Assembly: GCA_048939995.1 (NCBI GenBank)
Contig: JBHLOY010000006.1
Span: 96,001-160,000 of the forward strand
Direction of reading: 5' to 3'
DNA from: Promethearchaeota archaeon
GTDB lineage: Archaea; Asgardarchaeota; Lokiarchaeia; Sigyniarchaeales; SOKP01
DNA: 64,000 nt
Within the stretch, counting starts at the first letter, position 1. Each line of letters opens with the position of its first letter. Below the pieces are notes generated by a model. That model was not told where the DNA came from. It worked only from the letters and a program-made list of their open reading frames with translations, and did no database searches. Of this stretch, positions 1 to 9,545 are shown in pieces. The translations under genes and the position numbers were made by a program.

Positions 1-1
1 G

Positions 2-433
2 AGATTAGCTAAAGCATCTGGGAGAGATTTACGAATCAAACCAAAGCATGCTAGAGAAATCTGTGCAGTAATAAAAGGTATGAAAATTGATAGGGCTAAA
101 TCATATTTAGAAAAAGTAATTCAAATTAAACAATCTGTACCATTCAGAAGATATAAAAAGAAACAATCACATCGTAAAGATTTAAAGCAATTCAAATGGT
201 ATGCAGGAAGATATCCACAAAAGGCAGCTGCTAGAATTTATGAAGTATTATCCGCAGCTGAATCAAATGCAGAATATAAAGGATTAGATATTGAAGCATG
301 TCGAATAATCCATACGGCAACTCATCGTGGAAGGATTATTAAAAGATATATCCCTCGTGCTCATGGAAGATCGAGTGCAAAATACAGACATCTCTCGCAT
401 GTTGAAATTGTTGTTTATGAATTTCCAAGTTAG
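2..433 (+). CDS. rpl22: 50S ribosomal protein uL22 (5' truncated by window edge)
   Basis: The frame is open from base 2 (RLAKASGRDLRIKPKHAREIC...). Motifs GRYPQKAA and IPRAHGRSS...HVEIV match archaeal L22. Confidence 0.95.
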   Translation, partial: RLAKASGRDLRIKPKHAREICAVIKGMKIDRAKSYLEKVIQIKQSVPFRRYKKKQSHRKDLKQFKWYAGRYPQKAAARIYEVLSAAESNAEYKGLDIEACRIIHTATHRGRIIKRYIPRAHGRSSAKYRHLSHVEIVVYEFPS

Positions 434-474
434 GAGTTAATAAGAAAAAATTATAACAGAATGAGTGAAAAAAA

Positions 475-1257
475 TTGAGTCCCTTATCCCGACATTTTAT
501 AGAACAGGGTGTTAAGATGATGCAGATAAATGAGTTTCTTAGATCTGAGCTTGTACGTGCTGGTTTCGCCGGAGTAGATATCCAGAAGACTCCTTTGGGA
601 GTAAGAATAACATTGAAAACTTCACGTCCAGGTTTAGTAATTGGAAAGGGTGGAAAGAGAATTCAGGAAATCACAGACATCTTACAGGAAGAATATGGCT
701 TGGAAATGCCCCAGATAGAAGTAGAAGAGGTCCAAAATCCAGATCTAGATGCTCAGATTATGGCTGAGAGGTTAGCATACAGTCTTGATAGAGGGCGACA
801 TTATCGTAGAGCTGGATATTACATATTACGTAAAGTGATGGATGCAGGAGCAAAAGGAGTAGAAATTAGAGTAGCTGGCAAGGTAACTTCACAGAGAGCG
901 CGTTCACAGATATTTAGAGCTGGTACCATGACCAAATCAGGACAGCCCGCTGAAACTGGAGTTGATAAAGGGGTTGCTCAATGTATTCAAAAAAGTGGAG
1001 TCCTTGGTGTAATTGTTAAAATAATGAAAGCAGATACCAAGATGGGCGATGACGTAAAAATTCATGATGATGAATTAGCTAAAGCACAAACTAAAGCAAA
1101 AGCAGCCGAAAAGAAAACAAGAATAGAAAAAATAGCAGAAAAAGAGTATGAAGTTACTGAAGAAGAAGTTGAATTAAGTAAGGAGGAAAAAGATTTAATA
1201 GATGAAGTGGATGAAGAAGATGTTTCAGAGGTATCAATTGAACCAAATAAAAAATAG
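475..1257 (+). CDS. rps3: 30S ribosomal protein uS3 with acidic C-terminal tail
   Basis: KH motif RPGLVIGKGGKRI and GAKGVEIRVAGK; expected position after L22. Confidence 0.96.
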   Translation: MSPLSRHFIEQGVKMMQINEFLRSELVRAGFAGVDIQKTPLGVRITLKTSRPGLVIGKGGKRIQEITDILQEEYGLEMPQIEVEEVQNPDLDAQIMAERLAYSLDRGRHYRRAGYYILRKVMDAGAKGVEIRVAGKVTSQRARSQIFRAGTMTKSGQPAETGVDKGVAQCIQKSGVLGVIVKIMKADTKMGDDVKIHDDELAKAQTKAKAAEKKTRIEKIAEKEYEVTEEEVELSKEEKDLIDEVDEEDVSEVSIEPNKK

Positions 1258-1281
1258 AAAATAAGGATTAAGTGAAAAAAG

Positions 1282-1491
1282 ATGCCCGAAATTATAACTG
1301 CTGAAAAAGTCCGGCAAATGGATGAACGAGAGAGAGAAAGGACTCTCATTACATTAAAAGAAGAGTTAATGATGTTATATAGTCAGCAAACTGGTGGTGG
1401 TATTGCTGATAATCCAGCAAAGGCAAAACTCTTGAGAAAGCAAATAGCTAGAATATTAACTGTCAAAAACGAAGAGAGATTGAAAGAGTAA
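1282..1491 (+). CDS. rpl29: 50S ribosomal protein uL29
   Basis: NPAKAKLLRKQIARILTV motif; operon position. Confidence 0.93.
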   Translation: MPEIITAEKVRQMDERERERTLITLKEELMMLYSQQTGGGIADNPAKAKLLRKQIARILTVKNEERLKE

Positions 1492-1492
1492 A

Positions 1493-1786
1493 ATGATTAG
1501 CCCCAAATATATGATCTATCATGACTTAATTGGATTTCACACTTATGCAAAATTAAAATCAAAAGCAGAAAGCTCAGATTTCAACTATCTAGGAATTATA
1601 ATAGATGAAACTAATAATATGCTTATAATTGAAAAAACTAACCAAATTAAAAAGTATATAAAAAAGGATTATATTTTCAGATTCAAATTAAATGAAGATT
1701 TATTAGAAGTTGATGGTACCAAGATTGTTGGTATTCCAGAAAATAGGTTAAGAAGTTTAAAAAAGAAGAAAAGGATGAGAAAATAA
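1493..1786 (+). CDS. rnp1: RNase P protein component 1 (Rpp29/Pop4)
   Basis: HDLIG...GIIIDETNNML...VDGTKIVGIPENRL; conserved archaeal position between L29 and S17. Confidence 0.88.
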   Translation: MISPKYMIYHDLIGFHTYAKLKSKAESSDFNYLGIIIDETNNMLIIEKTNQIKKYIKKDYIFRFKLNEDLLEVDGTKIVGIPENRLRSLKKKKRMRK

Positions 1787-1787
1787 A

Positions 1788-2138
1788 ATGAGCATTCGAA
1801 ATATTGGTATTCCCGGAGTAACACCCCCTAAAACAAAGGATTGTGATGATAAATATTGTCCATTTCACGGGACAACAAGAATTCGGGGCAAAATAACAAG
1901 TGGAATTGTAGTGAGTAAAAGATCTAGGAATAGCATAATAATTAGAAGAGATTATCTTCATTTTGTTAAAAAATATCAACGATATGAAAGGCGTAATACA
2001 CGTCTTGCATGTCATTTACCAGATTGTTTAAAAAATGAAATAAAATTAGGAGATTTAGTGCGAGTAGGTGAGAGTAGAAAAATCTCTAAAACAAAAGCAT
2101 TTATTGTATTGGATAAAATATCACGTGAGGGGATTTAG
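1788..2138 (+). CDS. rps17: 30S ribosomal protein uS17
   Basis: CDDKYCPFHG, KYQRYERR and ESRKISKTKAF motifs. Confidence 0.96.
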   Translation: MSIRNIGIPGVTPPKTKDCDDKYCPFHGTTRIRGKITSGIVVSKRSRNSIIIRRDYLHFVKKYQRYERRNTRLACHLPDCLKNEIKLGDLVRVGESRKISKTKAFIVLDKISREGI

Positions 2139-2564
2139 ATGGGAACAAGAAGAAAAACAGGAAGAAAGAAGATGGTGAAGCCTCGGACTAGTTATGGTCT
2201 ACAAAATTCTTCAAGAATATTCATCACAGATAACTCTGGAGCAAAAATTGCGGAAATAATTAACGTTGATCACGCTAAAACAAGGTTAAGGAGGTTACCT
2301 AAAGCAACTGTAGGTTCAGTTTGTTCAGTGACAATTAAAAAAGGTCGACCTGATATGCGAGGTAATATCATGAAGGCCGTAATTGTACGCCAAAAAAGGA
2401 TTTATAAAAGAATAGATGGAACTCGTGTTTGTTTTGAGGATAATGCTGGAGTAATAATAAGTAAAGAAGGTGACCCCAAAGGAACCGAAATTAGAGGCCC
2501 AATAGCAAGAGAAGCAGCTGAATTATTCCCTCGTTTAGCATCTATCTCATCCTTAATAATTTAA
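2139..2564 (+). CDS. rpl14: 50S ribosomal protein uL14
   Basis: DNSGAK, FEDNAGVI and PKGTEIRGPIAREAAE motifs. Confidence 0.96.
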   Translation: MGTRRKTGRKKMVKPRTSYGLQNSSRIFITDNSGAKIAEIINVDHAKTRLRRLPKATVGSVCSVTIKKGRPDMRGNIMKAVIVRQKRIYKRIDGTRVCFEDNAGVIISKEGDPKGTEIRGPIAREAAELFPRLASISSLII

Positions 2565-3017
2565 TTGAAAAAAGTGAGAATAACTGTGAAAATTACTTCA
2601 AAAAAGCCAGGAAAGCAAAGAAAAGCATTGTTTAATTATAAAAATCACCAAAGAGCTAAATTATTATCAACTAAAGTAGCAGATTTCCTTAGAGATGAAT
2701 ATGGAATAAAAAGGCTCCCATTAAGAGTTGGTGATCAAGTAAAAGTGTGTAAAGGAGAATTTAAAGACTTCGAAGGGGAAGTTCTGGAAATTACTAAAAA
2801 TCAAAGAGCGAAAATAAAAGAGTGTCAATTTGAAAAAGCAGATGGAACTCAATTTAACCCTTCAATCCATATTTCCAAGCTTGTTTTGACAAAATTAGGC
2901 AAGGAAAAGAAATTAGATACATGGAGGGCCAATATGATTGAAAGAAAAGCTTTATACGTATTTAGTGAAGAAGAATTGATTGCACCAAAAAAATTAAAAG
3001 AGGAGGAGAATAAATGA
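2565..3017 (+). CDS. rpl24: 50S ribosomal protein uL24 (true start may be the GTG at 2586)
   Basis: SKKPGKQRK, KOW motif LRVGDQVKV, IHISKL. Confidence 0.95.
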   Translation: MKKVRITVKITSKKPGKQRKALFNYKNHQRAKLLSTKVADFLRDEYGIKRLPLRVGDQVKVCKGEFKDFEGEVLEITKNQRAKIKECQFEKADGTQFNPSIHISKLVLTKLGKEKKLDTWRANMIERKALYVFSEEELIAPKKLKEEENK

Positions 3018-3769
3018 CCCGGCATGGAGGAAAAAAATCATTAAAAAGACTTAATACTCCTAAGTTTTTACAAATTAAAAGAAAGCATGGTACATTCTTT
3101 ATAAAAACTTCTCCTGGACCTCATCCTAGTCGATTTTGTTTACCACTACTTCATATTGTAAGAGATAATCTTAAGATTGTAAACTTTCAGAGAGAAGCAA
3201 AAAAATTGATTGGCCTAGGCTATTTGAAAGTAGATGGAAAAACAATTAAGGATAAGGCTTTTCCTGTGGGATTGATGGATGTATTAACCATTGAGAAAAT
3301 GAACAAACATTATCGCATACTTCCAGATTCTCATTATGGTTTAATACTCCATGAAATTTCTGAAAACGAGAGTAATTATAAATTATGCCGAATTAATGAA
3401 AAAACTACCGTTAAAGGTGGAGATATTCAATTAAACTTACATGATGGCAGAAATATTTTAGTCCAAGTCGAAGATCCCCAAAATCCTAAAGAGGATATAT
3501 ATAAGAGGATGGATGTTTTAAAGATAACAATTCCAGAACAAGAAATTGAGAAAGTCATTAGATTTAAAGAGGGTAATATAGCTATTATTATGGCAGGGAA
3601 AAATATTGGTCAAATTGGTAAAATTATTAATATTTTAAAACGATTTGGCCCTAAAGCAAGCACGGTTTCCATCCAACATAATTCAGAACACACTGAGACA
3701 TTGTATGATTATACTTTTGTTATTGGAGAAGCTAAATCTGAAATAAGCCTTCCACAAATTGAGACATAA
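3014..3769 (+). CDS. rps4e: 30S ribosomal protein eS4
   Basis: SPGPHP, FPVGLMDV and QLNLHDGRN motifs. Confidence 0.96.
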   Translation: MTRHGGKKSLKRLNTPKFLQIKRKHGTFFIKTSPGPHPSRFCLPLLHIVRDNLKIVNFQREAKKLIGLGYLKVDGKTIKDKAFPVGLMDVLTIEKMNKHYRILPDSHYGLILHEISENESNYKLCRINEKTTVKGGDIQLNLHDGRNILVQVEDPQNPKEDIYKRMDVLKITIPEQEIEKVIRFKEGNIAIIMAGKNIGQIGKIINILKRFGPKASTVSIQHNSEHTETLYDYTFVIGEAKSEISLPQIET

Positions 3770-3793
3770 TTAAAATAAGAGTTGATAATTAAA

Positions 3794-4387
3794 ATGTCAG
3801 TTAAAACTAAAAAGAAAACCCCAAAAGAACAAACGGAACAGTTTGAAAAAATTTGGGACAATCCAATGAAACGCCCCTTTTTAGAGAAATTAGTATTGAA
3901 CATTGGTGTTGGTAGTGGTGGAGAAGAGTTAGAAAGAGCAGTAAAGGTCTTGGAAACTATAACAGGTAGACAACCAGTAAAAACTTTATCAAAAAAGAAT
4001 ATAAAAGAATTTAATTTAAGAAAAGGAAGACCCATTGGAACGATGGTTACAATCAGGGGTGAGGAAGCAGAGAAACTACTTAAAAGATTATTAATTGTGA
4101 ATAATAACAAAATTCTACGTAGAAGTTTTGATAATTATGGTAATTTTGGTTTTGGAATAACTGAACATATCTCTATACCTAGCATTGAATATGACAATTT
4201 AATAGGAATATGGGGTCTAGATGTGGGTGGACGGATTATAAGACCAGGTATGAGAATTAAATATAGAAGGCAAGCAAGAGCTAAAATTCCAAAAGATCAT
4301 TATGTTTCCAAAATAGAAGCTCAATATTTCTTAGAAAAAAATTTTGGAGTAGAAATTGTAGAACAATTAGATTTAGAATTTATGTAA
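3794..4387 (+). CDS. rpl5: 50S ribosomal protein uL5
   Basis: NPMKRPFLEKLVLNIGVG and SFDNYGNFGFGITEHI; ATG at 3794. Confidence 0.96.
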   Translation: MSVKTKKKTPKEQTEQFEKIWDNPMKRPFLEKLVLNIGVGSGGEELERAVKVLETITGRQPVKTLSKKNIKEFNLRKGRPIGTMVTIRGEEAEKLLKRLLIVNNNKILRRSFDNYGNFGFGITEHISIPSIEYDNLIGIWGLDVGGRIIRPGMRIKYRRQARAKIPKDHYVSKIEAQYFLEKNFGVEIVEQLDLEFM

Positions 4388-4398
4388 ATAAAAAATAA

Positions 4399-4557
4399 AT
4401 GATGATAACAGTGCCTCAAGGAAAAATTGGCAAGGGACAAAGAACCTGCAGGAGATGTGGGACCCATAGAGGTCTAATTAGAAGATATGGTTTATATATA
4501 TGTAGAAGATGTTTCTATGAGATTGGGAAGGCAATAGGATTTAAAAGATTTGATTAA
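4399..4557 (+). CDS. rps14: 30S ribosomal protein uS14, zinc-binding (not in ORF track; start 4399 or GTG at 4411)
   Basis: Manual translation gives ...[42 protein letters not shown], located between L5 and S8. Confidence 0.95.
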   Translation: MMITVPQGKIGKGQRTCRRCGTHRGLIRRYGLYICRRCFYEIGKAIGFKRFD

Positions 4558-4578
4558 ATATAAAAAATGGTGAATTAA

Positions 4579-4962
4579 GTGGTAAATACAATCGCAGATG
4601 CAATGAATATGATACGCAATGCTGAGCGAGCGAGGAAGAAAGAAATTATCATAAGCCCAGCATCTAAATTGATTCAAAAAATATTGTTAATTCTTCAAAA
4701 AAATGCATATATTGGAGAATTTGAACGATATGATGATGGGCGCCACGGTAAATTCAGGATCGCCCTACTAGGCAAAATAAATGAAGCGAAAGGATTATTA
4801 AGGCTTAATTATAAAGTATCTCAATTTGAAATGCTTGAAAGAAAATTGTTACCAGCACCGGGATTAGGCTTAATCATTATGACTACAAACCAAGGCATTA
4901 TAACTATGAAAGAAGCAGAAGAAAAAAATATTGGTGGAATGGCTTTATGTTATATTTATTAA
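4579..4962 (+). CDS. rps8: 30S ribosomal protein uS8
   Basis: ADAMNMIRNAE, YIGEFERYDDGRHGK and TTNQGIIT motifs. Confidence 0.96.
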   Translation: MVNTIADAMNMIRNAERARKKEIIISPASKLIQKILLILQKNAYIGEFERYDDGRHGKFRIALLGKINEAKGLLRLNYKVSQFEMLERKLLPAPGLGLIIMTTNQGIITMKEAEEKNIGGMALCYIY

Positions 4963-4984
4963 AAGAAGGTAGAGGTAATATATA

Positions 4985-5563
4985 ATGGTACGAACAGCAT
5001 TTTTTAAACAAGAATTAGAGATTCCAAAGGACGTAAAAGTTACATTAGGTGATGATCAACATATAATCGTAAATGGACCAAATGGAAAAATAACAAAAGA
5101 TTTTTCTCATATAAGGGGAGTTAAAGTCTTGATTGAAGGAAAAAATATAATATTTTCAACCTATTTTCCCAAAAGTGGTACACTTGCTTTAACTAATACC
5201 ATATATAACATTATTAAGAGTATTATAACAGGAGTTCAAACTAATTACGAATATTATTGTAAAATGGCATATTCACATTTCCCATTTACCGCAGAAGTAA
5301 AATCAGATAAAGAAGAAATACATATTATCAACTTTTTAGGTGAAAGAGCCCCAAGGATAGCGAAATATCTTGATAATGTTGAAGTAAAAATTGAAGGAGA
5401 TGATATCATCTTAATAGGACCAGATAAGGAAAAGTTAGGACAAACAGCTGCAAATCTTAAAAAATGCTGTAGAATTAAAAAGAAAGATCCTAGAGTGTTT
5501 CAAGATGGAGTTTACCTCTATAAAATAAAATTGGGAGAGGAAATTCTCTGGCAAATAAAATAA
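4985..5563 (+). CDS. rpl6: 50S ribosomal protein uL6
   Basis: YSHFP, NFLGERAPR and KDPRVFQDGVY motifs. Confidence 0.96.
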   Translation: MVRTAFFKQELEIPKDVKVTLGDDQHIIVNGPNGKITKDFSHIRGVKVLIEGKNIIFSTYFPKSGTLALTNTIYNIIKSIITGVQTNYEYYCKMAYSHFPFTAEVKSDKEEIHIINFLGERAPRIAKYLDNVEVKIEGDDIILIGPDKEKLGQTAANLKKCCRIKKKDPRVFQDGVYLYKIKLGEEILWQIK

Positions 5564-5577
5564 AAAAGTGAGATAAA

Positions 5578-6051
5578 ATGGAAAGGGAAAGATTATTTCA
5601 AATAAGAAAAAAATTAAAAAGGAAAAGACCATCCTTTAGGCGTATTGAATCATGGAGATATAAAAAATTAAAAGATTCATGGAGAAAAGCCAGAGGAATT
5701 GATTCACAAACAAGGAAAAAAGAAAAAAGTGGTGTAAAATCTCCATCTGTTGGTTATAGAAGTCCTAAGAAAGTTAGAGGAATCCATCCATCTGGATATA
5801 AGGAAGTAAGAGTTTTTAATATAAATGATCTCAAAGGATTAAGCAATAAAAAGCATGCAATCAAAATTTCAGGAAAATTAGGCGCTAAGAAAAGAATTGC
5901 TTTAGTCGATTATGCTCAGAATAGAGGATTTAAAATACTTAATCTAGGAATTGCCCAAAAAGAATTAGAGCGCTTTGAAGCATTATTAGAAAGTCCTCTT
6001 GAAGAAGGGGAAGATCTAATGGATCTAGAGGAATCATTAGAAGAGGATTAA
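5578..6051 (+). CDS. rpl32e: 50S ribosomal protein eL32
   Basis: WRKARGIDS and GYRSPKKVRGIHPSGY motifs. Confidence 0.96.
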   Translation: MERERLFQIRKKLKRKRPSFRRIESWRYKKLKDSWRKARGIDSQTRKKEKSGVKSPSVGYRSPKKVRGIHPSGYKEVRVFNINDLKGLSNKKHAIKISGKLGAKKRIALVDYAQNRGFKILNLGIAQKELERFEALLESPLEEGEDLMDLEESLEED

Positions 6052-6070
6052 CTAAAGAAGGTGTAAATTT

Positions 6071-6526
6071 ATGAGTTTAAAGGCCCAAAAAAGAATGGCT
6101 GCGGAAATATTAAAGTGTGGTGAAAATCGGGTTTACTTTGACCCTTATTTGATAGAAGAAATTCAATTAGCCATAACTCGAGAAGACATACGAAGTTTAA
6201 TCAAAGAAGGTATTATACAAAAAAAATATAAAAAAGGAATTTCAAATTCTCGTAAAAATATACGTCATAAAAGAAAGAAAAAAGGAAGAGCTAGAGGTTT
6301 AGGAAAAAGAAAAGGTACAAAAATTGCCAGAAATCCTAAGAAGAGAGCTTGGATAAGAAGAATAAGACCCCAAAGAAGAGAATTAAAGAAATTAAGAGAT
6401 AGAAAATTAATTACAGCTAGCAATTATCGAAGACTGTATAAAAACGCTAAAGGAGGAATGTTCACGAGTGTTGCTCAAATGAATCGATATATTAAAGAAA
6501 AAGAGTTATTGAGGAGAGGAAGGTAA
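6071..6526 (+). CDS. rpl19e: 50S ribosomal protein eL19
   Basis: QKRMAAEILKCGENRV, AITREDIR and LYKNAKGG motifs. Confidence 0.96.
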   Translation: MSLKAQKRMAAEILKCGENRVYFDPYLIEEIQLAITREDIRSLIKEGIIQKKYKKGISNSRKNIRHKRKKKGRARGLGKRKGTKIARNPKKRAWIRRIRPQRRELKKLRDRKLITASNYRRLYKNAKGGMFTSVAQMNRYIKEKELLRRGR

Positions 6527-6528
6527 AA

Positions 6529-7122
6529 ATGACAAAAGGACCAAGATATAGGCGTGCATTTAGAAGAAGATCGACTGGTAAAACAAATTATCAAAGAAGA
6601 TTAAAATTTCTAAAATCAAATAAATTAAGAATTGTAGCTCGAGCATCTAATAATCATATTTTAATTCAAGTTGTCCAATCCAAACTTGGAGGGGACAAAA
6701 TTATTTCCTCAGCATTTTCTAAAGAATTAAAAAATAAGTATGGTTGGAAGGCAAATACTGGAAATATTCCCGCAGCATATTTAACAGGATATCTTGCTGG
6801 TTTAAGAGCAAAAAAACAAAACATTACTGAAGCCATCTTAGATTTAGGGATATTATATCATCGTAATAGGTTGATAGCGGCATCTAAAGGAGTAATAGAT
6901 GCCGGTTTAGAAGTTCCTTATAATGAAGATTTTTTTCCAGAAAATCTAAAAGAACGAATAGAAGGTCAGCATATTGAGAAATATGCAAAAGGATTAAAAG
7001 ATGAAAATCCTGAAAAGTATGAAAAGATATTTTCAGGATATTTAAATAATGATAAAATAAATCCATTAAAGATAAGTCAAATGTTTTCAACTACTTTGAA
7101 ATCAATTGAAAGTAAACCTTAG
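6529..7122 (+). CDS. rpl18: 50S ribosomal protein uL18
   Basis: GPRYRRAFRRRSTGKTNY and GNIPAAYLTG motifs. Confidence 0.96.
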   Translation: MTKGPRYRRAFRRRSTGKTNYQRRLKFLKSNKLRIVARASNNHILIQVVQSKLGGDKIISSAFSKELKNKYGWKANTGNIPAAYLTGYLAGLRAKKQNITEAILDLGILYHRNRLIAASKGVIDAGLEVPYNEDFFPENLKERIEGQHIEKYAKGLKDENPEKYEKIFSGYLNNDKINPLKISQMFSTTLKSIESKP

Positions 7123-7136
7123 AGATGTGATATTTT

Positions 7137-7751
7137 ATGAGTCGTTTGAGAAATATTGAAGATACATGGGTGCCTAGAACTCGCTTGGGAGAGTTAGTTC
7201 GTGAAGGATTGATTACATTAGATAAGATTTTTGCAAACAATTTGGTTGTTAAAGAAAAAGAAATAATTGACATTCTTCTTCCTCAATTACGTGAAGACGT
7301 TGTAAAAATCTCAATGGTTCAACAAATGAGTGCTAGTGGTCAACGTTCTAAATTCAAAGCTGTTGTACTAGTTGGTGCCGATGGATTTATTGGAGTTGGT
7401 TCAGCAAAATCACGTGAAGTAGGTCCTGCAATAAGGAAAGCAATAGATAAGGCTAAATTATCTGTAATTCCTGTACTTAGAGGATGTGGGAGTAAAGAAT
7501 GTGGTTGTGGAGGTACCCATAGTATTCCTTTCAAAACAAATGGAAAGTGTGGTTCAGTTAGAATTCGATTGATTCCTGCACCTGCAGGAGTGGGATTAGC
7601 ATCAGCAGATAAAGTAAAACAATTATTAAAACTTTCTGGCATCGAAGATATTTGGAGTAAAACATATGGTGATACACGAACTAGTGAAAATCTAGTAAAA
7701 GCAACTTTTAATGCTCTTAAAAATGCCCATAAATACAATTTTAAAGTATAA
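7137..7751 (+). CDS. rps5: 30S ribosomal protein uS5
   Basis: WVPRTRLG, RGCGSKECGCGGTHSIP and PAPAGVGL motifs. Confidence 0.96.
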   Translation: MSRLRNIEDTWVPRTRLGELVREGLITLDKIFANNLVVKEKEIIDILLPQLREDVVKISMVQQMSASGQRSKFKAVVLVGADGFIGVGSAKSREVGPAIRKAIDKAKLSVIPVLRGCGSKECGCGGTHSIPFKTNGKCGSVRIRLIPAPAGVGLASADKVKQLLKLSGIEDIWSKTYGDTRTSENLVKATFNALKNAHKYNFKV

Positions 7752-7757
7752 AAAGAG

Positions 7758-8300
7758 TTGGTAAATGTGATAGCAAAAAATGAATCAATCATAAAGAAAA
7801 AACCAAAAGCAAAAGAGCAACCTCCTGCCTTATATTTTGCAATTAGAATAAGAGGGGCCCCAGGGATGAAGAGAACTATTTTAGATACTTTAAAAATGCT
7901 ACGTATGTTTAAAGTTAATCATGGGGTTCTCATTTGGGGAGAAAAGAGCTATTTAGGAATGCTGAATAAATGCAAGGATTATATTGCTTTCGGTGAGATC
8001 GATGAAAAGACATTAACTAGACTTTTAAGAACAAGAGGAAGGATAGAAGGAAATAAACCACTAACAGATGAGCATATTAAAAACCTAACCGATTACAAAA
8101 ACATTAAAGAACTAGCAAAAGCTTTATTGAAAGGAGATATACAATATCGAACTAGAGATATCTACAAAATTAAACCTGTTTTTCGTCTACACCCACCAAA
8201 AAAAGGTTATCGAGGTTCTATTAAACTCCATTATGGAGAGGGTGGTTGCTTAGGATATGTTAAGAGTTATATAAATGAATTAATTCATAAAATGATTTAG
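7758..8300 (+). CDS. rpl30: 50S ribosomal protein uL30
   Basis: AIRIRG, DTLKMLRM and KPVFRLHPPKKGY motifs. Confidence 0.95.
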   Translation: MVNVIAKNESIIKKKPKAKEQPPALYFAIRIRGAPGMKRTILDTLKMLRMFKVNHGVLIWGEKSYLGMLNKCKDYIAFGEIDEKTLTRLLRTRGRIEGNKPLTDEHIKNLTDYKNIKELAKALLKGDIQYRTRDIYKIKPVFRLHPPKKGYRGSIKLHYGEGGCLGYVKSYINELIHKMI

Positions 8301-8313
8301 GAAGTGTTTTATA

Positions 8314-8793
8314 ATGAGAAAATATCCCAGAAAGATAACAAAAAAGAGAGGAACTCGAACATGCGGTTTTGGACGAGTTGGGCAACACAGAAAAACTGGG
8401 CAGAGAGCAGGTCGAGGCAAGACAACCCAATGGAATAAAAGTATGAAATCTTACTACCGTAAACAAAAAGAACTTGGTTTTCCTGATCCAGATTGGATTA
8501 TGGGTGCAAAAGGTTTCAAACGCCCTCAAGATATGACTCGTATTTATCAAACTAATGCTCTTAATGTAAAAGATTTAGATTTTAAAATCGATGATTTAGT
8601 TCTACAAAAAGTTGCTTCTAAATCTGGAAATACATACAGTATTAATTTGAATGATATCAATATTCAAAAGGTATTAGGACGTGGTGACATCAATAAAAGA
8701 ATAAATCTCTCTGTAAATAAAGCCTCAAAACAAGCAATAGAAAAGATTGAAGCTGCGGGAGGAAAAGTTACCCTGCTTGCCCAAACAAAATAA
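8314..8793 (+). CDS. rpl15: 50S ribosomal protein uL15
   Basis: KRGTRTCGFGRVGQHR, KVLGRG and AIEKIEAAGG motifs. Confidence 0.96.
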   Translation: MRKYPRKITKKRGTRTCGFGRVGQHRKTGQRAGRGKTTQWNKSMKSYYRKQKELGFPDPDWIMGAKGFKRPQDMTRIYQTNALNVKDLDFKIDDLVLQKVASKSGNTYSINLNDINIQKVLGRGDINKRINLSVNKASKQAIEKIEAAGGKVTLLAQTK

Positions 8794-8811
8794 TTATCAA
8801 TCTAGGCTTTT

Positions 8812-9426
8812 TTAGTACAATAATTTATATAATAAACTAACTAATCCTGGTAAAATGAATACAAACCCAAGTGTATTTCCTATTAGATGTGTAGTAGTAA
8901 AAATAATACCTCCAATGTACAATATAATAAAGTTATAAGAATATAATAGGGCTGGTATTATTGTACTAATTATATCGTAAATAAATGTGATTGATGCTCC
9001 AATAAAGCCGAAGATTAACATTATCCGAAAAATGTATAAGTCTTCTTTTGGTTTAAAATATTTTTTTTTACTAAGAAAATTTTGTACATAACCACCTATC
9101 ATTCCAGTCATTGAATAATGAATGATTTGATAAATATATAAGATTAAATCTGTGGGAGGTCCCCAAGGATTGAAAAAATAATAAATCATTGAGCTTATAA
9201 GTCCTATTATTGACCCATTTATTTTACCTAAAATAATTCCTCCCAGAAAAATCATTAACGTAAATAACTCAACATTTGGAATAGCTAAAGCGTATCCTAA
9301 CACCACTGCTAATGCTGAAAAGGAACTGATTAAGGCAATCCGAAATGACTTTTTCTGAAGCCATACAGAACCACTATATACTTCTTTTTTATCCAATTCT
9401 AAACGGCTTTCCAATAATTTCAACAC
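8812..9426 (-). CDS. ECF transporter S component, CbrT-like (probable cobalamin)
   Basis: About 6 TM helices; N-terminal IALISSFSALAVVLG followed by the IPNVE motif typical of CbrT-like S units. Confidence 0.7.
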   Translation of the reverse strand: MLKLLESRLELDKKEVYSGSVWLQKKSFRIALISSFSALAVVLGYALAIPNVELFTLMIFLGGIILGKINGSIIGLISSMIYYFFNPWGPPTDLILYIYQIIHYSMTGMIGGYVQNFLSKKKYFKPKEDLYIFRIMLIFGFIGASITFIYDIISTIIPALLYSYNFIILYIGGIIFTTTHLIGNTLGFVFILPGLVSLLYKLLY

Positions 9427-9545
9427 TTGGTAACTTTACCTAATATAATGATGACATTATGTTTTAAAAAGTTATTGCAAAAACGTTAAATAAAAAAAAG
9501 AATAATAATTAATAATAAAATGAAGTAGGATAAGTTTCCTTAATA

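Noticed and set aside
9427-9545. Cobalamin riboswitch between the ECF S component and the DUF4430 gene
   Set aside because: The region is short and very AT-rich, with no B12-box or stable stems.
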